Source of the DNA: an uncultured Thermoplasmata archaeon
Lineage (GTDB): Archaea; Thermoplasmatota; Thermoplasmata; Halarchaeoplasmatales; Halarchaeoplasmataceae
Assembly: GCA_964394465.1 (NCBI GenBank)
Contig: CAYMXS010000006.1
Coordinates: 5,836 to 69,835 of the forward strand
Direction of reading: 5' to 3'
DNA: 64,000 nt
Shown in pieces: positions 29,711-38,965 of the stretch (position 1 is its first letter; each line of letters starts with the position of its first letter). The notes beneath the pieces are model-generated. The model saw nothing but the letters and a program-made list of their open reading frames with translations, did no database searches and had not been told where the DNA came from. A program made the translations under genes and the position numbers.

Positions 29711-30045
29711 CTCTCTTCACCTCTTTCTATGATGACAAAGGATACGCTCTTGCTCAGCGGCCTGCATTTCATTATCTTGACCTCATCCCCTTCATCTACA
29801 TCTATGCAACCGGGGATATGGCTCGGATAATGGCTCCTCTTCTTCTCGTAACGTTCAAATTTTGGAACATAATTGAAGTAATCCTTTCTAACAACCGCAG
29901 ACCCGTCCATCTTAACAGATTCGACCACTCCGCGGAGGACCTGTCCCCTCACCGAGAGTTCTCCGTGGAACGGACAGTTCTTATCCTCACAGGTCGTATC
30001 TGGTGGGTTCACTTCTACTCCGATATCTCGCGCTTCTTCTGCCAT
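29707..30045 (-). CDS. rps17: 30S ribosomal protein uS17
   Basis: C-x2-C-PFHG zinc-knuckle-like N-terminus and OB-fold S17 pattern. Confidence 0.85.
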   Translation of the reverse strand: MAEEARDIGVEVNPPDTTCEDKNCPFHGELSVRGQVLRGVVESVKMDGSAVVRKDYFNYVPKFERYEKKRSHYPSHIPGCIDVDEGDEVKIMKCRPLSKSVSFVIIERGEER

Positions 30046-30052
30046 AGTTTCA

Positions 30053-30319
30053 TCAACCTAACCTTTTGATTCTATCCTCTGGACGATATGAAAGTTCGTT
30101 TCCATCTATGACTGCCTCTTTACCCTCGAACTCGACCTTGAACTCGTTCTTCTCTTTGGGTATTGTCTTTTCCTCACCTGAATTCGTATCTACAACAAAT
30201 GTATTCTTCGTTTCATCCACGACTTTACCTTCTATGGCCATGTAGCCTGAGTGATTCGAATCGATCACTTCAAGGTGTTTACCGATATACTCCATGGTGT
30301 ATACACTGTCTTTTTCCAT
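30053..30319 (-). CDS. rnp1: RNase P protein component 1 (Rpp29/Pop4 homolog)
   Basis: 88 aa with conserved VVDETKNTFVV...K segment of archaeal Rpp29. Canonical position between uL29/SUI1 and uS17. Confidence 0.75.
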   Translation of the reverse strand: MEKDSVYTMEYIGKHLEVIDSNHSGYMAIEGKVVDETKNTFVVDTNSGEEKTIPKEKNEFKVEFEGKEAVIDGNELSYRPEDRIKRLG

Positions 30320-30323
30320 GATA

Positions 30324-30626
30324 TCATCTCGTCTCTACAGGGAAACCCTTCTCTTCAAGGTATTTTTTAACCTTCTCGATATGACTACCCTGAAGTTCGA
30401 TTCGACCGTTCTTAGTGGTTCCACCGGCCGCACATTTGGTCTTCAGCTCCGTGGCCAGCTCGTCGATATCTATGTCACTGGTGTCTATACCTTCTACTAT
30501 AGTAACTTTCTTACCGTACCTTCTAGAGTCAGTGTAGAGTTCGACCTCCTGTTGCTCTCTGGCTATGTCTTCGCAGATGCAGAGTTCTTTAGGCAGCCCA
30601 CAAGTTGGACAAACTTCTTCCGACAT
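30324..30626 (-). CDS. translation initiation factor aSUI1 (eIF1 homolog) with N-terminal zinc ribbon
   Basis: [13 protein letters not shown] followed by SUI1 fold segment (KKVTIVEGI...[11 protein letters not shown]...IELQG). Confidence 0.85.
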   Translation of the reverse strand: MSEEVCPTCGLPKELCICEDIAREQQEVELYTDSRRYGKKVTIVEGIDTSDIDIDELATELKTKCAAGGTTKNGRIELQGSHIEKVKKYLEEKGFPVETR

Positions 30627-30847
30627 TACTCTCCTCCTTTTGAGTTCTTATCTTCCATTTCGTTCATGATCGTGAGAATCCTAGCGATATTACTCTTGAT
30701 GGCCCTGATCCTCCCTGGGCTCTCAGGTGCACCGCCCATGGCAGCAACCCCCTTCTCGTGCAGCAGTTCGTCTCTCAGTTCCTCCAGTTTGTCTTTTCTC
30801 TCTTCAGGCTCCATATCCCTTATCTCATCCGGTTTCAACTGTGGCAT
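30626..30847 (-). CDS. rpl29: 50S ribosomal protein uL29
   Basis: Helical 73-aa protein (LR..EL..L..EL..LR). Position. Confidence 0.8.
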   Translation of the reverse strand: MPQLKPDEIRDMEPEERKDKLEELRDELLHEKGVAAMGGAPESPGRIRAIKSNIARILTIMNEMEDKNSKGGE

Positions 30848-30848
30848 C

Positions 30849-31688
30849 TCAATTCACCTCTTCATCGTCTGTTTCTTCTTCCTCTGTTTCTTCACTTTCA
30901 GCTTCTTCAGTTTCTTCGGTTTCATTCTCTTCGGATTCATCTGTTCCTGCACTCTCTTCTTCAGTTTCTTTCTCTTCATCTTCTTCTAGCTCTTCCGCTT
31001 CCTCGGTTTCTTCCTCGGCTTCTTCTTCGGCTTCCTCTTCCCCCTCTTCGGGTTCTTCTACTTGCTCTTCTTCCTCCTCTTCTGCCTCGGTTACGGGTGA
31101 TTTTATCTCTATCTCATCGGGCAGTGTGGCGTTGGGATCCATGATCTGGACCGTGACTCCGATGACACCTAGCTTGACCTTAGCTGCGGCGAAGCCTTCC
31201 TTCATCCATTTCTTCCTCTCCTCCCCGCAGTACTTGATATGTCCTTCTTTGAACTTCTCGACACGGTGTCTCGGACCAGTTAACTTTCCTGAAAGGATGA
31301 TCTGGCATCCTCTCGCCCCAGAATCCATTATCTTTCTGACCGTGGAGTGGCCGGCTCTTCTGAAGTACCAACCTCTCTCCAGCGAAGAAGCTAGCTTCTC
31401 AGCCATTATCTGGGCGTTGAGTTCCGGTACATTAACCTCTTGAACCTCTATCTGTGGATTATCAAAATCAAACTTCTCCTTGACCTCGTCTGTGAGTTGC
31501 CTAATATTCTTACCCTTACGACCTATGACCAAGGCGGGTCTTTCTGCATAAAGAGTGATCCTGGTTCCCATCGGCGTCCTAGATATATCTGCTCCACCGA
31601 AGCCTGCTCTATCGGTTGCTTCCTGAAGGAACTCCTTCAAGAGGACGCGTTCCATCTTCTGTGATACGAATTTCCTTTCCCTAGCCAA
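30849..31688 (-). CDS. rps3: 30S ribosomal protein uS3 with ~75-aa poly-acidic (Glu-rich) C-terminal extension
   Basis: KH domain (ITLYAERPALVIGRKGKNIRQL) and S3 C-domain. The tail is EAEEEEEEQVEEPEEGEEE...TDDEEVN. Confidence 0.9.
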   Translation of the reverse strand: MARERKFVSQKMERVLLKEFLQEATDRAGFGGADISRTPMGTRITLYAERPALVIGRKGKNIRQLTDEVKEKFDFDNPQIEVQEVNVPELNAQIMAEKLASSLERGWYFRRAGHSTVRKIMDSGARGCQIILSGKLTGPRHRVEKFKEGHIKYCGEERKKWMKEGFAAAKVKLGVIGVTVQIMDPNATLPDEIEIKSPVTEAEEEEEEQVEEPEEGEEEAEEEAEEETEEAEELEEDEEKETEEESAGTDESEENETEETEEAESEETEEEETDDEEVN

Positions 31689-31690
31689 TG

Positions 31691-32137
31691 TTATTCCTCC
31701 ATTTCTTTCAATATAATCTCAATGTTCGTAGTCTTCCTATCGAACGGCGAACTCCTACCGTATGCCCGTGGTCTAAAGCCTTCAATAGGGCTGCCCTCTG
31801 AAGCTGATATTGCTATGATCTTCATCTCATCAGATTCCAGACCCTTACTCTCAGCATTAGCTTGACATTCCTCTATAAGGGATCTGATCTTCTCCGCAGC
31901 CTTCTTAGGATAGCCGCCGGAGCCAACACCTTTATTGTGCGATACACCCTTGTTGTGCTTTCTATAGGGCACCGCTCTTTTACCCTCTATAACTTCAGTC
32001 AGTATATTCTTAGCTGTCTCAGTATCCTTGCCCCTCAGCAGATTGCAGATCTCGACCGATTTCTTCGGTGACATCTGAAGTTCCTTACCGAAGGCCTTGG
32101 CGGTTGTCTCAGGGTCTGGATCCATTGTATATCCCAT
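31691..32137 (-). CDS. rpl22: 50S ribosomal protein uL22
   Basis: L22 core (SPKKSVEICNLLRGK...A...L). Position. Confidence 0.85.
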   Translation of the reverse strand: MGYTMDPDPETTAKAFGKELQMSPKKSVEICNLLRGKDTETAKNILTEVIEGKRAVPYRKHNKGVSHNKGVGSGGYPKKAAEKIRSLIEECQANAESKGLESDEMKIIAISASEGSPIEGFRPRAYGRSSPFDRKTTNIEIILKEMEE

Positions 32138-32148
32138 TTCTTTTCACC

Positions 32149-32556
32149 TCACTTGAGTGGTATGTACTTGGACGATCTGGTCGCGCCGATACCCGGACCG
32201 GAATGTTCCACAGACTTCCGGGTAAGGGCGAATTCCCCCAGGTAGTGTCCGATCATCTCCGGTTCTATCGTTACCGTTTCAAATTCCTCCCCGTTGTGGA
32301 TAGCGATCTTTTCCCCCACGAACTCGGGAAGTATTATCATCTCTCTCCGATGAGTCCTATAGACTGGTTTGTCCGTCTTCTCTAGCTTCTCCAGGAATCT
32401 CTTTTCCTCTTCGTTCAAGCCCCTCTCCAGGCTCCTCCTAGCCCTGGCGGGTAGCACTCTCTTCAGCTCGTCTAGTGACATCGATTTTAACTCATCAAGG
32501 GTGTGACCACGATAGGTGAATTCACGCTTGTCACGTTTCTTCATCTTGTCGACCAT
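32149..32556 (-). CDS. rps19: 30S ribosomal protein uS19
   Basis: Conserved S19 C-terminal segment ([12 protein letters not shown]...H..PG.GATRSS). Confidence 0.9.
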   Translation of the reverse strand: MVDKMKKRDKREFTYRGHTLDELKSMSLDELKRVLPARARRSLERGLNEEEKRFLEKLEKTDKPVYRTHRREMIILPEFVGEKIAIHNGEEFETVTIEPEMIGHYLGEFALTRKSVEHSGPGIGATRSSKYIPLK

Positions 32557-32558
32557 AT

Positions 32559-33281
32559 CTATTTACCTCCTTCTTTGGATTCTTTATCTTTCTTCTTGGA
32601 TGATAAACGTCCAACCTTCCTACCGGCCGGAGTGTTTGAACCAACCGTCGAGGGCACACCGACATGCTGATGGTCTCCTCCTCCATGAGGATGGTCAACA
32701 GCGTTCATGGCTATACCACGGACCTTCTTGGGCCTCTTAGCTCTGCTCTGGAATGTGTGCACTCTCTTCCCTATCTTCGTGAACGGCTTGTCCGTATGAC
32801 CTCCACCAGCTACTACTCCGATGGTCGCTCTACACCTATTGTCAACCTCTTTGACCTCATCAGAGGGCAATCTAAGATTTGTAAAATCTCTCTCTTGTGA
32901 TACTACGATGGCGTATGTCCCGGCGGCTTTGACCAGTTTTCCTCCGTCTAAAGGTTCAATCTCTATATTGTAAACGTAGGTACCAACGGGTATATGCCCT
33001 AGTGGAAGAACATTACCTTTCTCAACACTAGCCTCAGGTCCTATCTCTATCTTTCCACCTTCCCAGAGTCCGTGATTCGCTAAAAGAAAATTGGTCTCCC
33101 CGTTCTCAAACTCGACTTCAGCTAGAGGGGCTGTCCGACCAGGGGCATGATGGAGTTCTACGACCGTACCCGTTGTCTCCTGAGTTTTAGGATAACCTGG
33201 TTGAGCTAGATGCCTATGACTTGGTGATTGATACGTTGATGAGCCCTTTCCTCTTCTTTGAGCTATGATCCTTCTTCCCAT
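32559..33281 (-). CDS. rpl2: 50S ribosomal protein uL2
   Basis: L2 signatures ([20 protein letters not shown]). Confidence 0.95.
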   Translation of the reverse strand: MGRRIIAQRRGKGSSTYQSPSHRHLAQPGYPKTQETTGTVVELHHAPGRTAPLAEVEFENGETNFLLANHGLWEGGKIEIGPEASVEKGNVLPLGHIPVGTYVYNIEIEPLDGGKLVKAAGTYAIVVSQERDFTNLRLPSDEVKEVDNRCRATIGVVAGGGHTDKPFTKIGKRVHTFQSRAKRPKKVRGIAMNAVDHPHGGGDHQHVGVPSTVGSNTPAGRKVGRLSSKKKDKESKEGGK

Positions 33282-33290
33282 TATACCACC

Positions 33291-33569
33291 TTAGAACACT
33301 CCTATTCTCATTCCGATCTCTTCGGCAGAGTACTCGTCCGTGAATTTTACTATGGCTCTCTTGCCGTTCTTATCTATCCGGGTGTTAACTTTCTCGGCCT
33401 CTGCTTCGAACAGTTCACTCACGGCTTCCTTTATCTGAGTTTTGTTAGCGTCCATATCAACTATGAACTCCAACTTGTTCTCGTCTTCCATCTCCATCAT
33501 GGTCTTCTCGCTCACATAAGGATGCAGTATTATCTTGTGGGGTGAATCATACTCCGTCATGTGTTCCAC
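33291..33569 (-). CDS. rpl23: 50S ribosomal protein uL23
   Basis: KIILHPYVSEKTM...KFIVD..ANKTQIKEAVE. Confidence 0.85.
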   Translation of the reverse strand: MEHMTEYDSPHKIILHPYVSEKTMMEMEDENKLEFIVDMDANKTQIKEAVSELFEAEAEKVNTRIDKNGKRAIVKFTDEYSAEEIGMRIGVF

Positions 33570-34324
33570 CTCTTCATCTGATTGAGGGCTTTAACACTGA
33601 ATATCGTCAAGCGTCCTAGATGACCACCTGGAGCTAGGTCTTCAACCGTAAGTGACTCGGGATGTTTTACCGTTACTCCTTCTAGATTCTCGAAGGCCCT
33701 TCTTCCTGTAGAGCCCTGTGGGAGCACGACCAAAACACTTACTGGAGTCCTGTACTTTCTGCCCCTGCTCTTTCCCTTACCGGCTCTTACGTTCTTGCCC
33801 TTCTCTGCACGCTCAACGTCCTCATAGATGCCTAAGGAGTCAAGAAGTTCTATCGCCTCCTTCGTCTTCTCTAGATCCTCGATGCCGCTTTCCACAACAA
33901 CGGGGTAAGTCAAGGAATCGTTATCTATCTCGTGTCCTCTTTTCTTCACGAGTTTTTCCGCCGAGAGGGCGGCGAGTGCCGAACGTCTCGCCTTGGTCAT
34001 CTCCTTCTTGTTTATCTTCTTTGAGTAGTCCTTCTCTGACTTCGGAGGATGTGCCTGCCTACCACCAACGGTTTGAGGAACGACCGCGGCATCGTTACCA
34101 TCTTTCAGACGTTGAACTCTAGCTCGTCCTTCCCCTCGTCCTCTTACTTCTGTAGAGTGTTCCATACCAGCTTTGGGCTTGGTTCCGTAACGCTGTCTCC
34201 TGTTGGCTTGTACGGCCTCTACGGCCCTTCTGATTATATCGGGGCGTATCTCCTCTTCGAACGCTTCAGGCAGTTCTACCTCGCCTTTCGAATCTCCTTC
34301 CAGATCAAATATATCTCTCTTCAT
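33557..34324 (-). CDS. rpl4: 50S ribosomal protein uL4
   Basis: L4 core with GRGEGRARVQRL. Confidence 0.9.
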   Translation of the reverse strand: MKRDIFDLEGDSKGEVELPEAFEEEIRPDIIRRAVEAVQANRRQRYGTKPKAGMEHSTEVRGRGEGRARVQRLKDGNDAAVVPQTVGGRQAHPPKSEKDYSKKINKKEMTKARRSALAALSAEKLVKKRGHEIDNDSLTYPVVVESGIEDLEKTKEAIELLDSLGIYEDVERAEKGKNVRAGKGKSRGRKYRTPVSVLVVLPQGSTGRRAFENLEGVTVKHPESLTVEDLAPGGHLGRLTIFSVKALNQMKRWNT

Positions 34325-34326
34325 CT

Positions 34327-35337
34327 CTAGGCCCCCTGATTAGATTCGGTTGATATATGTGTCAAGGTCGGTTCTTCGACCTCCTCTACCGTCGATCGTA
34401 TCGGGTCTCTCATGACTACCATCCTTTTGCTCGGGCCCGGTATGGAGCCGTGGAGCAGAACGTAATCGTTTTCAACCTCACCGTAATTTATGAAGCCCCC
34501 GTCTGGGGTTATCTCTTCTCCGTCGTCGCCCTCTTTTAGAACCCTTTTATTGAACTCCGTTCTCTGATGGAATCCTGTCTGACCAGCCTGAGGGACCGAG
34601 GGTCTGATATAACCAGGTACGAACACTCCAGTGGTACCGACGTTTCTGATCGACTTGCTGTTCTTATGACGTAGTAGTTTTACACCCCATCTCTTTACAT
34701 GACCCTGGAACCCCTTACCTTTCGTTATCCCGGAAACGTCGACCATGCTCCCAGGATTAGAGAACTCTTCAAAGGATGTTTCTTCCTTCTCCAACAGTTC
34801 CTCCCCCTTATCTATCCTCTCGGCGATCGTTCCACCACCTATCCTGAGTTCTATTATCTCGGGAGTCTTTGAATGAATACCAGAAACAAGTTGAGGTTGA
34901 GTATGGATTATGGTCCTTACCTCGTCGGCCAGATCTGTATCTATCCTCTCCCACATCTTATCCGTGTCCATGTTCTTCGGTATGGGCAGTTTCTTCTCTA
35001 GATTTTCATCAATCCTCGATGCCCAGACCTCGCCCATGGTCTGAAGTCCCCTATGGGTCTTCTCATAGAAGCGCAGCCCACAGACCCTTATATTCGGTAC
35101 TTCTACGACGGTTGCGGGCACCCTCACTTCCTGACCAGATGTAGTACTATTCTCTCTATAATCTATAACGAAGGCATGGGTCATGCCGGCCTTGTAGCCT
35201 GTAAAGCCCTGAATCTTCGGACCTTCGTCTATCTCTGGCCATGAACGAATCTTTGGCTTCATGCTTTCTGCGCGCTTGCGGGGCGAGAACCCCATCGATC
35301 CTCTTCGTGGATGATGCGTATCGACCATTAGTAACAC
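34327..35337 (-). CDS. rpl3: 50S ribosomal protein uL3
   Basis: HHPRRGSMGFSPRKRA archaeal L3 N-terminus and FTGYKAGMTH motif. First gene of the operon in this window. Confidence 0.95.
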   Translation of the reverse strand: MLLMVDTHHPRRGSMGFSPRKRAESMKPKIRSWPEIDEGPKIQGFTGYKAGMTHAFVIDYRENSTTSGQEVRVPATVVEVPNIRVCGLRFYEKTHRGLQTMGEVWASRIDENLEKKLPIPKNMDTDKMWERIDTDLADEVRTIIHTQPQLVSGIHSKTPEIIELRIGGGTIAERIDKGEELLEKEETSFEEFSNPGSMVDVSGITKGKGFQGHVKRWGVKLLRHKNSKSIRNVGTTGVFVPGYIRPSVPQAGQTGFHQRTEFNKRVLKEGDDGEEITPDGGFINYGEVENDYVLLHGSIPGPSKRMVVMRDPIRSTVEEVEEPTLTHISTESNQGA

Positions 35338-35350
35338 CTCAAATCTATTT

Positions 35351-35419
35351 AGAAGCGTGAAACTATAGATTAAACTCTATAGACTGAACTCCGCACTCAG
35401 ACGGAGAAGCCACGCTTCT
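35351..35419 (-). promoter_or_regulatory. nested stem-loop element in the putative 5' leader of the uL3 operon
   Basis: Outer stem agaagcgtg/cacgcttct (9 bp). Inner hairpins ctatag..ctatag and ctccg..cggag. Lies 14-82 nt upstream of the rpl3 start codon. Confidence 0.3.
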
Positions 35420-35607
35420 TATCCATTGACCGTGACGTGTATTCAGGCTTGACGCCCCACGTCTGGTCAATAGACCATTAGGTAATCCGGTATCTACCGG
35501 GGCCTATTATTTAAATGTAACGCCGAGGTCTCCTGGATTGCCGGAAAAGACCTTGCGTGCTAGCACAAGGAGAAATAATATTATCTACATTTTGAATCAT
35601 CCAGCAA

Positions 35608-36186
35608 ATGAAAGAAGCGATAAAAGTACTACGGGACCACGAGGACATAAAACTTTGCATGGAAGACACTAGGAACGAGATACTTTCCCTGCTTATGGTC
35701 AACGACATGTGCATACCAAAGATGGCAGAGGCCCTAGACAAGGACCACTCCACCATTTACAGGCACGTGAAGAAGCTGGAAGATGCGGGCCTGGTGGAGG
35801 TCTGCGATGAGGGTAAACATCATCACAAGCCCACCAGCATATATAGGCGGACAGCTGACATATTCCTGTTGGCCCCCGGCTATTCGGATTCTACAGGTTT
35901 CTCACTGCACGAGGACCTCAGAAAGGAGAGGATAGAGGAAAGTTTAGATCTCCTGGTCGAATCGGGGTGGATGGATGATATACCCCCTAACATGACGGAT
36001 ATCCTGACCGATTTCTTCTCGAGATTGGACGAAAGAGTAGCATCGGTGTTAGAAAAGAGTGGAGGAGAAACTGGGCTGGACCTGTACAAACTCCATATAA
36101 TAGAGATGATCCTTTTCCTAGGCGAACTAGAGCAGGAGACGGCGTTGAGTGAAAAGGGCAAGACGGCAGCTTCACGCTTGGTCTAG
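35608..36186 (+). CDS. winged-helix (ArsR-like) transcriptional regulator with C-terminal helical domain
   Basis: TRNEILSLLMVNDMCIPKMAEALDKDHSTIYRHVKKLEDAGLVEV HTH. Confidence 0.6.
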   Translation: MKEAIKVLRDHEDIKLCMEDTRNEILSLLMVNDMCIPKMAEALDKDHSTIYRHVKKLEDAGLVEVCDEGKHHHKPTSIYRRTADIFLLAPGYSDSTGFSLHEDLRKERIEESLDLLVESGWMDDIPPNMTDILTDFFSRLDERVASVLEKSGGETGLDLYKLHIIEMILFLGELEQETALSEKGKTAASRLV

Positions 36187-36278
36187 AGATACGGTAAAAC
36201 GGCGAAAATAATTAAAGGTAGGTTTGATATTGAGTCTATAAATTAAGTTATCATCCAAGTTTCTATGGTGAGATAAGC

Positions 36279-36869
36279 ATGAACGAAAGAAACCGAGATA
36301 GGGTAATGTATCAAAAAGAGCTCAAGAGTTACAACGAGATCTGGACTAATGCTAGACAGGAGATCAAAAACACGTTCAATCTGGTGGGAAACGGCAAGGC
36401 GGTGGTGATCGGAGACCAAAACACAAAACTCGAGCTGACCGAGGACCAACTGCTCTATAGGCCTCCATTGAGAAGCGTATTCGACATGCAGCAGAGTCTG
36501 GATATATCTAGAAGGATACTACAGAATGCGCGAAACGTGATCAAAAACTCACTGAGGGAACTCAAACTGATCTCGCTAAACTTGAAAACGATAGAGGAGC
36601 AGGGTAAGGCCGTCTACAGAGGCAAGATGGGCCAGTTTGCGAACCGTCTGGACTTCATAAAGGAGTTCATCGAGACACTCAGGGATGCAGAAGGAGCACT
36701 CGACGGGATCATAGACACATTGGACAACCCACCCCAGCAGGGGAACAGGAACCTTAAGAAAAACTTCGAGGTACTCAGGAGACTCGCCCAGATGGCCGAA
36801 GGAGTAAGCGATAGAAAGATAACCGAGGAGCCCATCGAGGTCGACATCCAGTACACTATAAACATATGA
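36279..36869 (+). CDS. hypothetical alpha-helical/coiled-coil protein
   Basis: ORF with charged helical composition. No recognisable family. Confidence 0.45.
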   Translation: MNERNRDRVMYQKELKSYNEIWTNARQEIKNTFNLVGNGKAVVIGDQNTKLELTEDQLLYRPPLRSVFDMQQSLDISRRILQNARNVIKNSLRELKLISLNLKTIEEQGKAVYRGKMGQFANRLDFIKEFIETLRDAEGALDGIIDTLDNPPQQGNRNLKKNFEVLRRLAQMAEGVSDRKITEEPIEVDIQYTINI

Positions 36870-36974
36870 ACTCATCCTAAGAAGATGGTCGATTCCCGGA
36901 AGGATTTCGCCACATGATATCAGTGTTAGTTTTAAATAGCATAACCTTTAGAAAGGAGCCGGTCTCCGAGTAAG

Positions 36975-38366
36975 ATGAAAGGCTCCAGCATCGAGGAAAG
37001 AAGGGAAGAGATCCTGAGCGGTCCTATAATAAAGACCATTCTGACTTTAGCCTGGCCAGTCGTGATATCTAGTTCTCTGCATACACTCTACAACCTCACG
37101 GACACCTTCTGGCTTGGCAAGGTGAGTGCGAACGCCTTGGCGGCTCCCGGGGCGGCCTGGCCCGTTATATTCTTGTTCCTCGCTATAGGTATGGGGTTGT
37201 CAACTGCGGGCGTTTCTCTGGTCTCCCAGCATACTGGAGCGGGAGGAGAAGACAAGGCAAACGAAGCGGCCGGGCAGGTCTTCGGGTTTGTCCTTTTGGT
37301 GGGACTAGCTTCCCTCTTTTTGGGCTTCTTCGGAAGCGAGTTCATCATGAAAAGGATCGTGGGTGTTCCGGGGGACGTACTGCCCTTATCGGTAGCTTAT
37401 ATGAAGATTGTCTCTCTGAGTTTTCCCTTCATATTCTCTTATATCGCCTTCCGTTTCCTTCTGAGGGGCACAGGAGACATGAAGACCCCCATGTACATAA
37501 GGGGCATCTCAGTGGTGCTCAACCTCATCCTGGACCCGGTATTGATATTCGGTCTTGGGTCATTACCTTTTCTGGGGGTCGTCGGAGCCGCTGTAGCTAC
37601 AGCGATCTCGAGGTCCGTAGCGTCCATCGTGGGTATCTATCTCCTCTTCAACGGAGAGGTGAACATAAAGCTGAACCTCCGCGCTCTCAAACCGAGATGG
37701 GTCTGGATAAAGAAGATCCTCGATATCGGAGCTCCTGCCACAATCGCTAGGGCCGGGAGCGCTTTGGGTTTTGTTTTTCTACTCGCTATAGTCTCCAGGT
37801 TTGGTGGCGTAGCCGTAGCTGCCTATTCAGTCGGCAGAAGGGTCACGCACCTCATTACGATAGGTATCTGGGGATTTGCTGGTGCGTCCATGACCATGGT
37901 GGGGCAGAACATCGGTGCTGAGCAGAAAGAAAGAGCGGAGACCATCGTCAAAAAGGCGATAGGCGTTTCACTCATGATTATGTTTGTAATAAGCGCTCTG
38001 ATGTTCTTCTTCCGTCAGCCCATAATGAGGGCTTTCACCCCCGATCCCGGGGTGATCAGCGAAGGGGCAAGGTTCCTGGCTATATTCTCTTTCTCGATAC
38101 CGTTCTTCGGAATATACAGGATATTCGATTCCACCTTCAGAGGAACTGGACATACGAAACCGGCCATGGCCCTCTCGCTCTTCAGGATATGGGGCCTTCG
38201 ATTACTCCTTGCGTATCTCTTCGCCTTCTCTGTCTTCGGGATCGGACTAAAACTGGGTCTCGGAGGCGTCTGGATCGGGATGGCGTGCAGCAACCTACTC
38301 GTGGCGTTCTTCTCTTTCCTGTATTTCTTGAGCGGCAGATGGAAGGAAAAAACGATAGAGGACTGA
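36975..38366 (+). CDS. MATE-family multidrug/oligosaccharide efflux transporter
   Basis: 12-TM, 463 aa. Duplicated 6-TM halves typical of MATE (PF01554-like). Confidence 0.8.
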   Translation: MKGSSIEERREEILSGPIIKTILTLAWPVVISSSLHTLYNLTDTFWLGKVSANALAAPGAAWPVIFLFLAIGMGLSTAGVSLVSQHTGAGGEDKANEAAGQVFGFVLLVGLASLFLGFFGSEFIMKRIVGVPGDVLPLSVAYMKIVSLSFPFIFSYIAFRFLLRGTGDMKTPMYIRGISVVLNLILDPVLIFGLGSLPFLGVVGAAVATAISRSVASIVGIYLLFNGEVNIKLNLRALKPRWVWIKKILDIGAPATIARAGSALGFVFLLAIVSRFGGVAVAAYSVGRRVTHLITIGIWGFAGASMTMVGQNIGAEQKERAETIVKKAIGVSLMIMFVISALMFFFRQPIMRAFTPDPGVISEGARFLAIFSFSIPFFGIYRIFDSTFRGTGHTKPAMALSLFRIWGLRLLLAYLFAFSVFGIGLKLGLGGVWIGMACSNLLVAFFSFLYFLSGRWKEKTIED

Positions 38367-38368
38367 GT

Positions 38369-38896
38369 TCATCTTCCCTTTTCTCTGTTGAGCCAGATAT
38401 AGATCAGATTAACTAGGAGTGCTGGAACCATGATATCTATAAACCCAAAACCCGGGAGCCCGGGAGTCGCCTGTTCTAACATGTATTCTAAAGAGACCTC
38501 ATCACCTGCTGGAGGAGTAGCCTCCCCCGCATCCGTGTTATCTATCACGAAGTAATACACTTCACCGCTGAGAACACCTTGATACCGGCAGTGATTGACA
38601 CCCTGCCTGCTGGCGTCGGATTTATATCCAAATTCCCTTCCTTTGAGGTAATTTTCGTAGGAGGTCTCAGTCATGATATATACATCAACTTCCTCACTAT
38701 CGGTAACATTGACCTCGTAAGTGACCTTCATCCCGTCTCCAGGCTTTAACTTGGTCTTGGACCATTCACCCTCTTTCAGTTCGATGCTCTTCTCCTTATT
38801 TTCAGTCAAACCGCTGAGGATGACCACGGTCGCGATCATAACCAGAAGTACGATCATGATCCCGATACCGATATAGATGTACTTGGTCTTGATCAT
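38369..38896 (-). CDS. hypothetical N-terminally anchored membrane protein
   Basis: Single TM helix (YIGIGIMIVLLVMIATVVILSGL) plus a beta-rich ectodomain. Confidence 0.45.
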   Translation of the reverse strand: MIKTKYIYIGIGIMIVLLVMIATVVILSGLTENKEKSIELKEGEWSKTKLKPGDGMKVTYEVNVTDSEEVDVYIMTETSYENYLKGREFGYKSDASRQGVNHCRYQGVLSGEVYYFVIDNTDAGEATPPAGDEVSLEYMLEQATPGLPGFGFIDIMVPALLVNLIYIWLNREKGR

Positions 38897-38965
38897 TGGT
38901 CCATCCGCCTCTACAAACTACAACTAACTATTGATGGTTGTATAATATAAAGCTTATTCTTTATC

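Noticed and set aside
30294-31443. 231-aa and 238-aa Ser/Leu-rich plus-strand ORFs (30294..30989, 30727..31443, 30758..31144)
   Set aside because: They are antisense to the GAA-rich acidic tail of uS3 and to uL29/SUI1. Their poly-Ser/Leu composition is a mirror-image artefact of the repeated codons.
35511-36175. Minus-strand ORFs 35511..35756, 35880..36161 and 35987..36175 overlapping the HTH regulator gene
   Set aside because: Antisense to a plus-strand gene with a clear wHTH motif. The translations are low complexity.
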